Of a stretch of DNA of 64,000 nt, positions 10,345-18,717 are shown one piece after another. Positions within the stretch are counted from its first letter, which is position 1; every line of letters starts with the position of its first letter. The notes beneath the pieces are model-generated. The model was not told the DNA's origin. It did no database searches and was given only the letters and a program-made list of their open reading frames with translations. The position numbers and the translations under genes are program-made. The stretch comes from a virus (taxonomy: Duplodnaviria; Caudoviricetes): positions 113,604-177,603 of IMG/VR virus record IMGVR_UViG_3300029288_000080; one strand, given 5' to 3'.

Positions 10345-10373
10345 TTGACAGCACTGTCTACAGGCACTATAGT
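10345..10373 (+). promoter_or_regulatory. sigma70-like promoter for the passenger genes, overlapping TGTCTAC/GTAGACA boxes
   Basis: TTGACA-N17-TATAGT. Confidence 0.75.
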
Positions 10374-10418
10374 GTAGACAGGACGGTAGACACAAAGGAG
10401 AAATAAATGAGAACTTTA
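10374..10418 (+). repeat. 45-bp leader direct repeat, copy 1
   Basis: GTAGACAGGACGGTAGACACAAAGGAGAAATAAATGAGAACTTTA; 4 mismatches to copy 2. Confidence 0.9.
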
Positions 10419-10787
10419 TACGTCGTGCTTGGTTTTGCTGCGCTAACGTTTGTGGGTTGTGGTAAGAGTCCTGAGGCGAGAAGGGAAGAGCTGATTAGTC
10501 TAGTAGAACGTAAGGTCCAGCATGACCTGCCCTATGAAGACCACAGCACCAGAATTGTTCATGCAAAAATTAGCGATCCTTACCTATGTGTCTATGTAAA
10601 TGCAGCAGGAGATCCGCTAGCCAGATACGCAAGCAGCTTTGCTCAAGAACAGGACGTATTGGGCGCGGCAAAGCAAGTTGGCCTTACTACGATCGTGATC
10701 CACAACGGTCTTAGATCTAATGAAATCGACACGGTAACCGGAACGTCTCAGATGCGTACTGATGCTCTACCCAGCGGATGCAAGTAG
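10407..10787 (+). CDS. predicted lipoprotein (IS passenger)
   Basis: Signal peptide with lipobox FVGC; strong RBS. Confidence 0.8.
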   Translation: MRTLYVVLGFAALTFVGCGKSPEARREELISLVERKVQHDLPYEDHSTRIVHAKISDPYLCVYVNAAGDPLARYASSFAQEQDVLGAAKQVGLTTIVIHNGLRSNEIDTVTGTSQMRTDALPSGCK

Positions 10788-10828
10788 ACAGGACAGTAGA
10801 CATAAAGGAGGAATAAATGAGAACATTA
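10784..10828 (+). repeat. 45-bp leader direct repeat, copy 2
   Basis: GTAGACAGGACAGTAGACATAAAGGAGGAATAAATGAGAACATTA. Confidence 0.9.
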
Positions 10829-11413
10829 GGTTTTACCTTGTTTTGTCTGTGCTGCCTATCTTGTAAACAGGAGAGTCAATCTGCCGAGAAAGCGGAAACT
10901 GCTGATGCTGTTGCTCCGACGTGGCAGGAACAAGAAGCACAACGGGATCAGCAAAATCCGCTTGCTTCCGCGGCCTCGATCTACCGTGAGCTAGTTGACG
11001 CCTACGCGGTGTTGTCTGGCAAGGAAGAGTGCGTGCCCTGCACGCAACTGGTGCAACAGGAGCGTCGTGCTCAGCAAGTTCAACGCGGCGGCACTGACGA
11101 GCACCGACGCACAGCTTACAGCATCAAGAGTGCGGCCATCAAAGAATGTTGGGGGCATTTTGACGGTTATGAAACCACACGGTTCGATCGCTACCACGAG
11201 CGCGTAGGGCGTTTTTCACCAGGTCAACACCAGGTTCTTTATCGACTCTTACAGAAGGGTTTGGTGCTATTACGGCCATGTCGAGCTAAATTATGCCATT
11301 TGGCCAAAGACAATATTAGGCGCGAGGCTGAAGGTAAATGTAATGCACTGGGCGTAGTGCTGCTCGCCGTAGAAAAGGCGCTCAAGCAAGCCGGTGCATT
11401 CAAAGAGGAATAG
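10817..11413 (+). CDS. predicted lipoprotein (IS passenger)
   Basis: Signal peptide with lipobox CLSC; strong RBS. Confidence 0.75.
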   Translation: MRTLGFTLFCLCCLSCKQESQSAEKAETADAVAPTWQEQEAQRDQQNPLASAASIYRELVDAYAVLSGKEECVPCTQLVQQERRAQQVQRGGTDEHRRTAYSIKSAAIKECWGHFDGYETTRFDRYHERVGRFSPGQHQVLYRLLQKGLVLLRPCRAKLCHLAKDNIRREAEGKCNALGVVLLAVEKALKQAGAFKEE

Positions 11414-11427
11414 GGCCGGTACTCGCC

Positions 11428-11829
11428 ATGGCTAACGCGATGGAATACCAGCGAGACGAGCACCGGGTCCACTTGATCGTGTACCACTTGATCTGGGTGC
11501 CCCGACGCCGTAAAGCCGTGTTGATCGGTGCCGTCGCCCAGGACTGCAAGGCACTGATCGAGCGTAAGTGCGCGGAGCAGGGCTGGACCATCCTGGAGTT
11601 GGCCATTGACCCCGACCACATTCACCTTTTCGTGCGGGCCTGGCCTACCGTGTCGGCCGCCGAGATTATACAGAAGTGCAAGGGGTTGACTAGCCACGAG
11701 CTTAGAAAGCGACATCCCCAGCTCTTGAAACTGCCGTCACTGTGGACCAGGTCCTACTTTGCCTCCACGGCCGGTAATGTGTCGAGCGAAACCATCCAAC
11801 GGTATATCGCGGCTCAGCGTAAATTCTGA
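11428..11829 (+). CDS. tnpA: IS200/IS605 Y1 (HUH) transposase
   Basis: YHLIWVPRRRK, DHIHLFV (HUH), LWTRSYF, YIAAQ catalytic Tyr. Confidence 0.95.
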   Translation: MANAMEYQRDEHRVHLIVYHLIWVPRRRKAVLIGAVAQDCKALIERKCAEQGWTILELAIDPDHIHLFVRAWPTVSAAEIIQKCKGLTSHELRKRHPQLLKLPSLWTRSYFASTAGNVSSETIQRYIAAQRKF

Positions 11830-12977
11830 TGTTAAAGACCTTCCGCTACCGTCTCTACCCCAGCAAGGCCCAGGCCAAACGCCTGGCCTCGACGCTGGAG
11901 ACGTGCCGCCGGGTCTACAACGACTGCTTGGCCGAGCGGAAAGTGGCCTACGAGACCGAAGGCAAGACCATCGGGAAGTTCGAGCAGCTCCGTCACGTCA
12001 AGGAGATCAAAGCGACCAACCCCTATGCCAAAGGAGTCCACAGCCACGTCCTCCAGGTCACGATCTCGGACCTGGATAAAGCGTTCCAAGCATTTTTCCG
12101 TAGGGTCAAGCAGGGCGAAAAGCCCGGCTACCCTAGGTTCAAGGGGCGGGATCGTTTTGACTCGTTCGGGCTGAAAGAACTGGGCAACGGATTTAAGGTG
12201 GACGGCCGACGGCTGAAGATCTCTGGTGTCGGAAGGATCGCGGTCAGGTGGCACCGGGAACTGGAAGGCAAGGTCAAGACTATCCGGTTGGTCCGGGCCG
12301 CGGGCCATTGGTTTGCATGTTTCTCCTGTGAGGTTGCTGTGCAGCCACCGCTGCCCGCGACGGGCAAGAGCGTTGGGCTTGACGTTGGTATCGAGAGCAT
12401 CTTGACCACCAGCGATGGCGACAAGGTAGAGAACCCTAGGTGGTACCGTGGCGACCAAGCCAAGCTCAGGGTGGTGCAACGTAGGGTGTCCAGACGAAAG
12501 AAAGGGAGCAGGCGTCGGCGTAAAGCCATCAAGATGCTCCAACGGCACCACGAAAGAACCAAAAATCGGCGAAAGGATTTTTTGGACAAGTTGGCTTGCA
12601 CGTTGATCACAACTAACGACGTCATCGCGATCGAAGACTTGCAGGTCACCAATATGGTCAGGAACCACCACCTGGCCAAGAGCATCATGGACGCATCCTG
12701 GGGCTATCTGCGGCAACGACTTGAAGCCAAAGCGGCAGAAGCTGGACGGCAAGTCATCGCGGTACCCCCGGCCTACACGTCCAAATCTTGCTCGGGTTGT
12801 GGCGCTATTTTTGAGGATCTGAAATTAAGCACCAGATGGGTCAAGTGCTGCTGTGGTTTGTCTCTGGACCGCGACCACAACGCTGCCGTCAACATTCTTA
12901 GGAGGGGACACCTCCTTCGGGAGTCAACGTGGGCCGCTCAAGAGCCGTGCGTATCCCGAGAAGCCGCTGGGCTTTAG
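11829..12977 (+). CDS. tnpB: RNA-guided endonuclease TnpB
   Basis: RuvC D-E-D intact (GLDVG, IEDL, DRDHNAA); zinc finger CSGC...CCCG. Confidence 0.95.
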   Translation: MLKTFRYRLYPSKAQAKRLASTLETCRRVYNDCLAERKVAYETEGKTIGKFEQLRHVKEIKATNPYAKGVHSHVLQVTISDLDKAFQAFFRRVKQGEKPGYPRFKGRDRFDSFGLKELGNGFKVDGRRLKISGVGRIAVRWHRELEGKVKTIRLVRAAGHWFACFSCEVAVQPPLPATGKSVGLDVGIESILTTSDGDKVENPRWYRGDQAKLRVVQRRVSRRKKGSRRRRKAIKMLQRHHERTKNRRKDFLDKLACTLITTNDVIAIEDLQVTNMVRNHHLAKSIMDASWGYLRQRLEAKAAEAGRQVIAVPPAYTSKSCSGCGAIFEDLKLSTRWVKCCCGLSLDRDHNAAVNILRRGHLLRESTWAAQEPCVSREAAGL

Positions 12978-12994
12978 CCCATGCGGAGTGTCAC
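12860..12994 (+). ncRNA. predicted TnpB omegaRNA/reRNA scaffold (5' boundary approximate); guide begins at 12995
   Basis: Overlaps the tnpB 3' end and right-end hairpin, as established for IS200/IS605. Confidence 0.55.
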
Positions 12995-13400
12995 CGAGAG
13001 TACCAAACCACTATCATGTGGGCGTTGCTTGACGCGGTCGCGGACGCACATCAGTATGCCGATGTCCAGTTGGTCGAGACCCCCTGGACCCTCGTGGCCG
13101 ACGTCGTGGCCTACGGAGTTCAAGGTAAATCCCCTGCCCTGACGACAGCGGCAATTCAATGTCTGGAGCAGGGATTCGCCGCCGTGGGCACCAAGGCCAG
13201 TATTTTATACGACTTGGCTGGTGACGGCAGCACCTGTTGTGTCGTGGATCCAGAAGTTCATGACCCCGAAAAGGTCGTGGCCAGGATGAAAGCCCCGGTG
13301 GTCAGGTATCAAGGCCGGATTTTTATTCGCCGTTAGTCCACGAAACTAAAACAGAATCCTGGGGCACGGCAAAATAAATCCATTTTTCTGTAAAAAAGAG

Positions 13401-13429
13401 TTGACGTTGTCAATCAAATGACCTATATA
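13401..13429 (+). promoter_or_regulatory. sigma70-like promoter with palindromic -35 (TTGACGTTGTCAA)
   Basis: TTGACG-N17-TATATA with an AT-rich UP region. Confidence 0.7.
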
Positions 13430-13486
13430 TTGCTTGTAGGCAGCGACAACCAACGGCCCCAAGGGGCCTGAACCAGGAGAACGAAA

Positions 13487-14299
13487 ATGCCCAGCAAGAA
13501 GATCGATGGTATCACCCGCAACGATTTCTTCTACGTGGAGACCAAGTTCGTCCGGGTGGAGCCCGGGTTCAACGGAAGGATCACCACGACCGACAACGGA
13601 GTCGCCCCCGACGACGACCTCGCCGACCTGGAGTCGATCCGGGAGCACGGGGTCCTGGTGCCGCTCATGGTGCGGCCCGACCCCGAGGGGATCACCAAGT
13701 ACGTGGTGATCGAGGGGCACCGGCGGCTCGCCAAGGTGCTGCTGCTGAACGCGAACGGCTGCGACATCCGGGTGCCCGTCATCGTCGAGCACGTCAACGA
13801 GCAGGACGCCGCCGCCATGATGGCGATGGCGGGGCTCCAGCGCAAGAACTTCTCGTTCGCCGAGGAGGTCAACATCGTCCGGAAGTTCGCCCGGTGGGGC
13901 CTGTCCCCGGCCGAGACGGCCAAGAAGATCGGGATGCCGGTGGAGTGGGTGCGGCAGCACCTCGCGGTTTCCGCCGCCCCCGAGTCCGTCCTGGCGGCCG
14001 TGGCCTCCGGGGCCATGCCGGCCGACGTGGCGGTCAAGATCGCGAACCTCTCGGCCCGGGATGTCAAGAAGGTCGTGGACGCGGCCCAGAAGGGCCGGGG
14101 CTGCGCCCGCAAGGCCTCAGAGAAGGTGACCGGCAAGGCCGCGCGGCCCGGCAAGAAGGTGGTGGTGTCCATGAAGACCCTGCTGGCCGAGACCAAGCGG
14201 AACCGGAGCCCCCGGGTGAACCGCTGGATCGAGACCTGCCTGGACTTCGCGGCCGGGATGGTCCCGGCCGACGACCTGGCCGACATGCTCCGTCGCTAG
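13487..14299 (+). CDS. ParB/Srx-like protein with HTH
   Basis: SIREHGVLVPLMV...VIEGHRRL box, QRKNFSFAEE, SPAETAKKIG HTH. Confidence 0.85.
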   Translation: MPSKKIDGITRNDFFYVETKFVRVEPGFNGRITTTDNGVAPDDDLADLESIREHGVLVPLMVRPDPEGITKYVVIEGHRRLAKVLLLNANGCDIRVPVIVEHVNEQDAAAMMAMAGLQRKNFSFAEEVNIVRKFARWGLSPAETAKKIGMPVEWVRQHLAVSAAPESVLAAVASGAMPADVAVKIANLSARDVKKVVDAAQKGRGCARKASEKVTGKAARPGKKVVVSMKTLLAETKRNRSPRVNRWIETCLDFAAGMVPADDLADMLRR

Positions 14300-14349
14300 T
14301 CCTTCCTTTCCGCTGCTTCCCCTTTCGCCTTTTTCTTTCCAAAGACCTC

Positions 14350-14378
14350 TTGACAAGTATTGCACTGCGCGGTACACA
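14350..14378 (+). promoter_or_regulatory. sigma70-like promoter (leaderless geometry)
   Basis: TTGACA-N17-TACACA, ATG 6 nt downstream. Confidence 0.6.
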
Positions 14379-14384
14379 ATAGGT

Positions 14385-14528
14385 ATGAAGACTGCTACCA
14401 GCTTCCGCCTGTCCAAGCGGGCCCATGAAATCTTGGCCATCCTGGCTGAACAGAAGGGCGTCAGCAGGACCGCCATCATAGAGATCGCGTTGCGTGAATT
14501 GATCACACGGGAAAAGTCCAGTGGGTAG
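14385..14528 (+). CDS. CopG-like ribbon-helix-helix protein (47 aa)
   Basis: MKTATSFRLSKRAHEILAILAEQKGVSRTAIIEIALRELITREKSSG (manual translation). Confidence 0.8.
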   Translation: MKTATSFRLSKRAHEILAILAEQKGVSRTAIIEIALRELITREKSSG

Positions 14529-16041
14529 AGCCACAACCCCCACGTTCATCGCGGAGTTTCCCTTGGTCACGACTCCTGATCAGGAGCGTGAACTTGCCAT
14601 CAGGATGGAGATGGCCCGGCAGATCTACAACGCTGCCTTGGAAGAATCCCTCAGGATCCTGGATCTCATGCGGGAGTCTCGGGCGTGGAAGCAGGCACGG
14701 AAGTTGAAGGGGAAAGATAGGACCGCGGCGTTCAAAGCAGCGGTTCAATCTTTTGGGTTCAACATCGGCACAATCTATTTGTTTACGAAAACCTGCCGTA
14801 AGTCTTGCTGTATTCAAGACCATGTGGGAGCGGTGGAGGCACAAACCCTGAGTGACCGAGCGTTCAGCGCAGTTCAGCGCTATGGTTTCGGGAAGCAGGG
14901 TAGACCACGGTTCAAGGGTTACGGTAGACTTCATAGTGTTGAGGGAAAGAGCAACAAATGTGCCATTATGTTGCGGGGCAACCAAATCCTGTGGATAGGG
15001 TTGACCCTGTCCTTAATGCTGGACCCCAAGTCAAACGAATGGCAAACCCAGGCGCTGGCCTGCAGGACCAAGTATTGCCGCATTGTTCGTCGGCGCATCA
15101 AAGGTCAGGATCGTTGGTTCTGCCAGTTGGTACAAGAAGGGCGTCCTCCCCAGGTTCATCAGGTAGGTGAAGGTTCCGTGGGGCTGGACATCGGGCCCAG
15201 CACGATCGCTGTTGTCAGCGACTCCGCCGCTAAAGTCCAGCAGTTTTGCCCGACGGTTCAAGAACCTTGGGCCGAGACCAGGGTGATCCAGCGGGCTCTG
15301 CGTAGAAGCAGAAAGGCTACAAATCCTAATCGGTACAACTCAGACGGCACGTATCAACGAGGACGCGGCCACTGGACCAAATCCACGCGGTATCGGAAAT
15401 TACAGGTCAGATTGGTAGAACAGCAGCGAAAACTCTCTGCAGAGCGGCGTAGGGCACACGGCCAACTCTGCAACGAGATCTTGGCCCAAGGAAAGGAACT
15501 CAAAACCGAAAACATAAGCTATTTGGCTTTTCAAAAGAATTTTGGCCGAAGCATGAAAGTCCGGGCTCCTGGGATGTTCATGGCGCTGCTGACCCGCAAA
15601 GCCGAAAATGCTGGCGGGTCCATCACGTTGATCACGCCCAGGACCACAAAGTTGTCCCAGTACGACCACACTGTGGATCGGTACATCAAGAAACCATTGT
15701 CCCAAAGGATCCATTGCTTTGGCGACGGTGTTACTAAACCGGTTCAACGTGATCTTTACAGTGCTTTTCTGGCCAAACATTGTTCCAAGGATAACTTGGA
15801 TGTCCGTCAGGTCCAACTGGCCTGGCCGGCTGCGAAACCGCTGCTGCGACGGGCGACATCCAAGTGGAAAGAATCTGCGAGCAGGAAGGCTTCGGCCATT
15901 CCTCACGATCATGATCGTCAGAGCGGATCGTCCGTCAAAGCCGACCCAGACCACGACGAGGCCCGGGATGTTGTAGTGAGGACACCAGACTCACGAGAGC
16001 CCGGGAGAGCTGCGGTTAGGAAAGCAGAATCTCATGTTTAG
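14521..16041 (+). CDS. tnpB: large TnpB-family RNA-guided nuclease (506 aa), zinc-finger cysteines largely lost
   Basis: GLDIGPS, KTENISY and QRDLYSA RuvC motifs; KLSQYDH...KKPLSQRIH. Confidence 0.85.
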   Translation: MGRATTPTFIAEFPLVTTPDQERELAIRMEMARQIYNAALEESLRILDLMRESRAWKQARKLKGKDRTAAFKAAVQSFGFNIGTIYLFTKTCRKSCCIQDHVGAVEAQTLSDRAFSAVQRYGFGKQGRPRFKGYGRLHSVEGKSNKCAIMLRGNQILWIGLTLSLMLDPKSNEWQTQALACRTKYCRIVRRRIKGQDRWFCQLVQEGRPPQVHQVGEGSVGLDIGPSTIAVVSDSAAKVQQFCPTVQEPWAETRVIQRALRRSRKATNPNRYNSDGTYQRGRGHWTKSTRYRKLQVRLVEQQRKLSAERRRAHGQLCNEILAQGKELKTENISYLAFQKNFGRSMKVRAPGMFMALLTRKAENAGGSITLITPRTTKLSQYDHTVDRYIKKPLSQRIHCFGDGVTKPVQRDLYSAFLAKHCSKDNLDVRQVQLAWPAAKPLLRRATSKWKESASRKASAIPHDHDRQSGSSVKADPDHDEARDVVVRTPDSREPGRAAVRKAESHV

Positions 16042-16205
16042 GCATGGGAAGGTCTGGCTAAAGGAAGTCGAGCGTCATCTTTTCAGAAGCCAAAAAGGCC
16101 AAGGCCGACGCGACCGTCCTGGCTAACCTAGCCCTGGTGCTCGCGGAAGCCGAACAGCACTTGGCCGACGCTTCCGTGATGGAGCCGGCCGAGTAAAATA
16201 AAGTA

Positions 16206-16234
16206 TTGACAAGGTCAATACCCTGTACTATAAA
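16206..16234 (+). promoter_or_regulatory. sigma70-like promoter with palindromic -35 (TTGACAAGGTCAA)
   Basis: TTGACA-N17-TATAAA. Confidence 0.8.
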
Positions 16235-16255
16235 GACTGTAGAGGAGACAGCGTC

Positions 16256-16870
16256 ATGACCACGAAAATCAAGACCACCAGGCACCCTGACGGATTCACC
16301 GCCTACGAGATCGCTGGCCTGATGGAGATGGCCCAGCGGTACCTGTACCTCCGGGAAAACCTGAGCCGTACCCACGACATGATGGTCTCGGCCGACAGCA
16401 TGGTGGCCAAGGGCCTGGACCTCCCCGAAGCCCTGAAGCCCGAGCGACTGCTCAAGGGCATCGCATACTACATCAGCACGGCGTTCAACCCGGATCGCTG
16501 TCTGTGCAGTTGCAAGGGTATGTACTTCTGCGACCTGTCTGCTGGCCACCCTGGTCCCCACAAGGATGATACCTTCCAGTGGGACCACGATTATGATGCA
16601 GGCGTCGCCGGCGAGATCAAGGAGTTGGAGGTCCTGGACCACGACGAAATCCAGCGGGAAATCGGCATCAGGGTCATCTACGACTCGGTGGACCACCACC
16701 ACGAAGCCCGTCGGTTCAAGACCATGAAGGCGGCCCAGCGGTTTGCCCACCGGTGGGTCGGGACCACGCCGGAAATCGGCACTGATTATGCTGTGAGCCC
16801 CGACGGTATCGGGCGCATCACCTGCGAGGGATGCGACGTCTACACGTTGTTTCCCGACGTGGCGAGGTAG
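16256..16870 (+). CDS. hypothetical protein
   Basis: GAGGAG RBS, 204 aa. Confidence 0.75.
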   Translation: MTTKIKTTRHPDGFTAYEIAGLMEMAQRYLYLRENLSRTHDMMVSADSMVAKGLDLPEALKPERLLKGIAYYISTAFNPDRCLCSCKGMYFCDLSAGHPGPHKDDTFQWDHDYDAGVAGEIKELEVLDHDEIQREIGIRVIYDSVDHHHEARRFKTMKAAQRFAHRWVGTTPEIGTDYAVSPDGIGRITCEGCDVYTLFPDVAR

Positions 16871-16874
16871 TGTC

Positions 16875-17129
16875 ATGAACAAGACCAAGGTCAAGATCGA
16901 GAAGGCCCTGGTGGACGCAAAATTCATCAAGGTGGAGCCGGACTTCTGGGCGCTGTTCCCTTACGGGCCGGACACCCGACCGTGGACCCGCCGAGACGTC
17001 AGGGAGTCCAGCGCCATCGCGGCCGAGTACCACGCGGGCGAATGGAAGGTCATCCGGGGGCTCCAGAGCGTCGCGATCAACAAACCACAAGATGTCCAGG
17101 TAGCCGTGGACCTTCTGTGCGGAAAGTAG
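16875..17129 (+). CDS. hypothetical protein
   Basis: GAGG RBS, operon packing. Confidence 0.65.
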   Translation: MNKTKVKIEKALVDAKFIKVEPDFWALFPYGPDTRPWTRRDVRESSAIAAEYHAGEWKVIRGLQSVAINKPQDVQVAVDLLCGK

Positions 17130-17137
17130 GAAGTGCC

Positions 17138-17365
17138 GTGAGCAAACCCACACGACATTACCATCGGATTTTCAAGGAAGCGGAAGTCACGGCCTACTAC
17201 GTGCCCCCGCCCTTGGAAGCACACTGTTATGTTCAAATTTGCAGATGCGGGGCATGGCGTTGCCGCTGGCAGCCCGCCTTAAAGGATGATGGTCGGGTAT
17301 GGGTTTCAAAGGACGAGCAGGACCCGTTTGTTCAGACCGCCATCAATAGTCTTCTAGGAAAGTGA
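17138..17365 (+). CDS. hypothetical protein
   Basis: GTG start after AGGA; 3' part of ORF 16982..17365. Confidence 0.55.
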   Translation: MSKPTRHYHRIFKEAEVTAYYVPPPLEAHCYVQICRCGAWRCRWQPALKDDGRVWVSKDEQDPFVQTAINSLLGK

Positions 17366-17372
17366 GGACGCT

Positions 17373-18053
17373 ATGTACGAGTGGCAATACTGCGCCGTCG
17401 ACACCAACGCCCAGAAGTATTTCCCGTGGACCAGCCAGCGCCGCCAGGCCATCCGGGACTTGCTGGACTGGGTCTGGGACCAGCCCAATCGCGTCCGTGG
17501 CGAGCGCGTCGCCCACATCGCCGTGAAGGACTGCTACGTGGAACGTCGCTGGACCGACCAGGGCGACCCCGAGGGAGATCCGGAGGGTAGCGTCGGAGAA
17601 GCCATGTGGTACGCCCAGTACCACGGGTGGGTGGACCGACAGGGTCGTTGGGTGGACCCTCAGGACCCTCCTGGCCACAAGGACTCGCTCTGGCTGGACG
17701 ACGGTAGAGCCCCGAGCGAGTGGGAGCGTGGGCTTTCGTGTAGCCAGGAAGACCGTGACGCCAGCGAGTGGGTCTGGGTCATGACCATCGACGAGGCCAA
17801 GACAGCTTTGCAGTCCGGCCGCTACCGTTACGTGTCCTTGGACTGGTCGCTGGAGTCCACGGATCCTGACCACACCGGTACCGACCTGGCCAAGTGGATC
17901 CTCCAGGAAGCGGAGGCTGGGCGACTACCACGTCTCAAGTGGTACGTGCATTCGGGTCTCTCGTCTGGTCGGGCAGAAATGCGCCCGTACCTGAAGGCCG
18001 CGGACCAGAGTTGGGCGGCCCGAGAAAAGGTGCAAAATCATGACGCCAAGTGA
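17373..18053 (+). CDS. protein with a C-terminal cyclic-phosphate-processing receiver (cREC)-like domain
   Basis: LWLDDGRAP...WVWVMTIDEA...VSLDWSL...TGTDLAKWI...VHS...GRAEM pattern. Confidence 0.7.
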   Translation: MYEWQYCAVDTNAQKYFPWTSQRRQAIRDLLDWVWDQPNRVRGERVAHIAVKDCYVERRWTDQGDPEGDPEGSVGEAMWYAQYHGWVDRQGRWVDPQDPPGHKDSLWLDDGRAPSEWERGLSCSQEDRDASEWVWVMTIDEAKTALQSGRYRYVSLDWSLESTDPDHTGTDLAKWILQEAEAGRLPRLKWYVHSGLSSGRAEMRPYLKAADQSWAAREKVQNHDAK

Positions 18054-18315
18054 AGCCATTGCCAAGATGTTCCAGATCCACATGAAGGCCGAGGATGACC
18101 TCCGGGCTGTCCTGGACCAGTACAACGCCGAGCACAGAACCATCATTCCGGTGGAACGGCTCTGCTACGACGCCATGGTGGAGAACCAGCTGGGTCATAC
18201 CACCGACATCATTCCCAGGAGTGTGTTCTGCCATTACTACTCGGCGGTCGAGTGGGCGGCCAACTGTCACTATTACCGGGCCAAGGACCTTGAAGCCCAG
18301 GGTAAGGGGAAGTAG
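18040..18315 (+). CDS. hypothetical protein
   Basis: Overlapping start, 91 aa. Confidence 0.6.
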   Translation: MTPSEAIAKMFQIHMKAEDDLRAVLDQYNAEHRTIIPVERLCYDAMVENQLGHTTDIIPRSVFCHYYSAVEWAANCHYYRAKDLEAQGKGK

Positions 18316-18316
18316 T

Positions 18317-18715
18317 ATGACCGCCATCAGGACCAGGACCATGAGAAAGCGCTGTATGCTGTGCACAGCCCAACACGAGGGCGAGATCGGGGATCCTTAC
18401 TGCCCCGAGTGCGGGCTGCTGTGTCGTGGTTTCGAGGCCCTGGCCCACCAGGACCCTGGGGCTGCACTGGACTGGCTCGCCACCATGGAACACTGTTACG
18501 GGCTGGCCCAGCAGTGCAGGGAACTCCCGCCTTGCCAGCCAGAACTCACGGCGCTGTTTGACGGACTGCTCCATCGTGGTCTGGCCAGCACGGGCCCCAT
18601 GAAGGACTTCATCGAGGCGTACTGCCAGTACCTTCAGGACGGCGAACACCTGCTGTCCGAGGAACAGAAGCAGGACCGTGCCCATGACAGGGTCGTGGCC
18701 CTGTTCGGGGGCTGA
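18317..18715 (+). CDS. zinc-ribbon hypothetical protein
   Basis: CMLC...CPEC. Confidence 0.6.
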   Translation: MTAIRTRTMRKRCMLCTAQHEGEIGDPYCPECGLLCRGFEALAHQDPGAALDWLATMEHCYGLAQQCRELPPCQPELTALFDGLLHRGLASTGPMKDFIEAYCQYLQDGEHLLSEEQKQDRAHDRVVALFGG

Positions 18716-18717
18716 TC

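Larger units (their letters stand above)
10261..12994 (+). mobile_element. IS200/IS605-family element with tnpA, tnpB and two passenger lipoprotein genes
   Basis: Left end: target TGAC (10257-60), guide CAAG (10278-81), hairpin TCGCGGGGCTTCAGCCCCGGCGA. Right end: guide GAAG, hairpin CCGCTGGGCTTTAGCCCATGCGG, terminal TCAC (12991-94). Confidence 0.8.
10216..13336 (+). pseudogene. phage gene split by IS605 insertion (10216..10260 + 12995..13336)
   Basis: Removing 10261..12994 joins MLTPQDIAQRIQQHD to REYQTTIMWALLDAV...FIRR in frame. Confidence 0.65.

Noticed and set aside
10261-12994. IStron (group I intron-IS hybrid) that would splice out of the interrupted gene
   Set aside because: No group I core recognised; the space holds protein genes and the element ends in TCAC, not a terminal G
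14300-14340. Pyrimidine-rich tract after parB as a terminator or repeat
   Set aside because: No stem-loop and no periodicity
16050-16196. Short reading-frame remnant after the large TnpB (…EAKKAKADATVLANL…)
   Set aside because: No clear start and an apparent frameshift; cannot be supported as a gene
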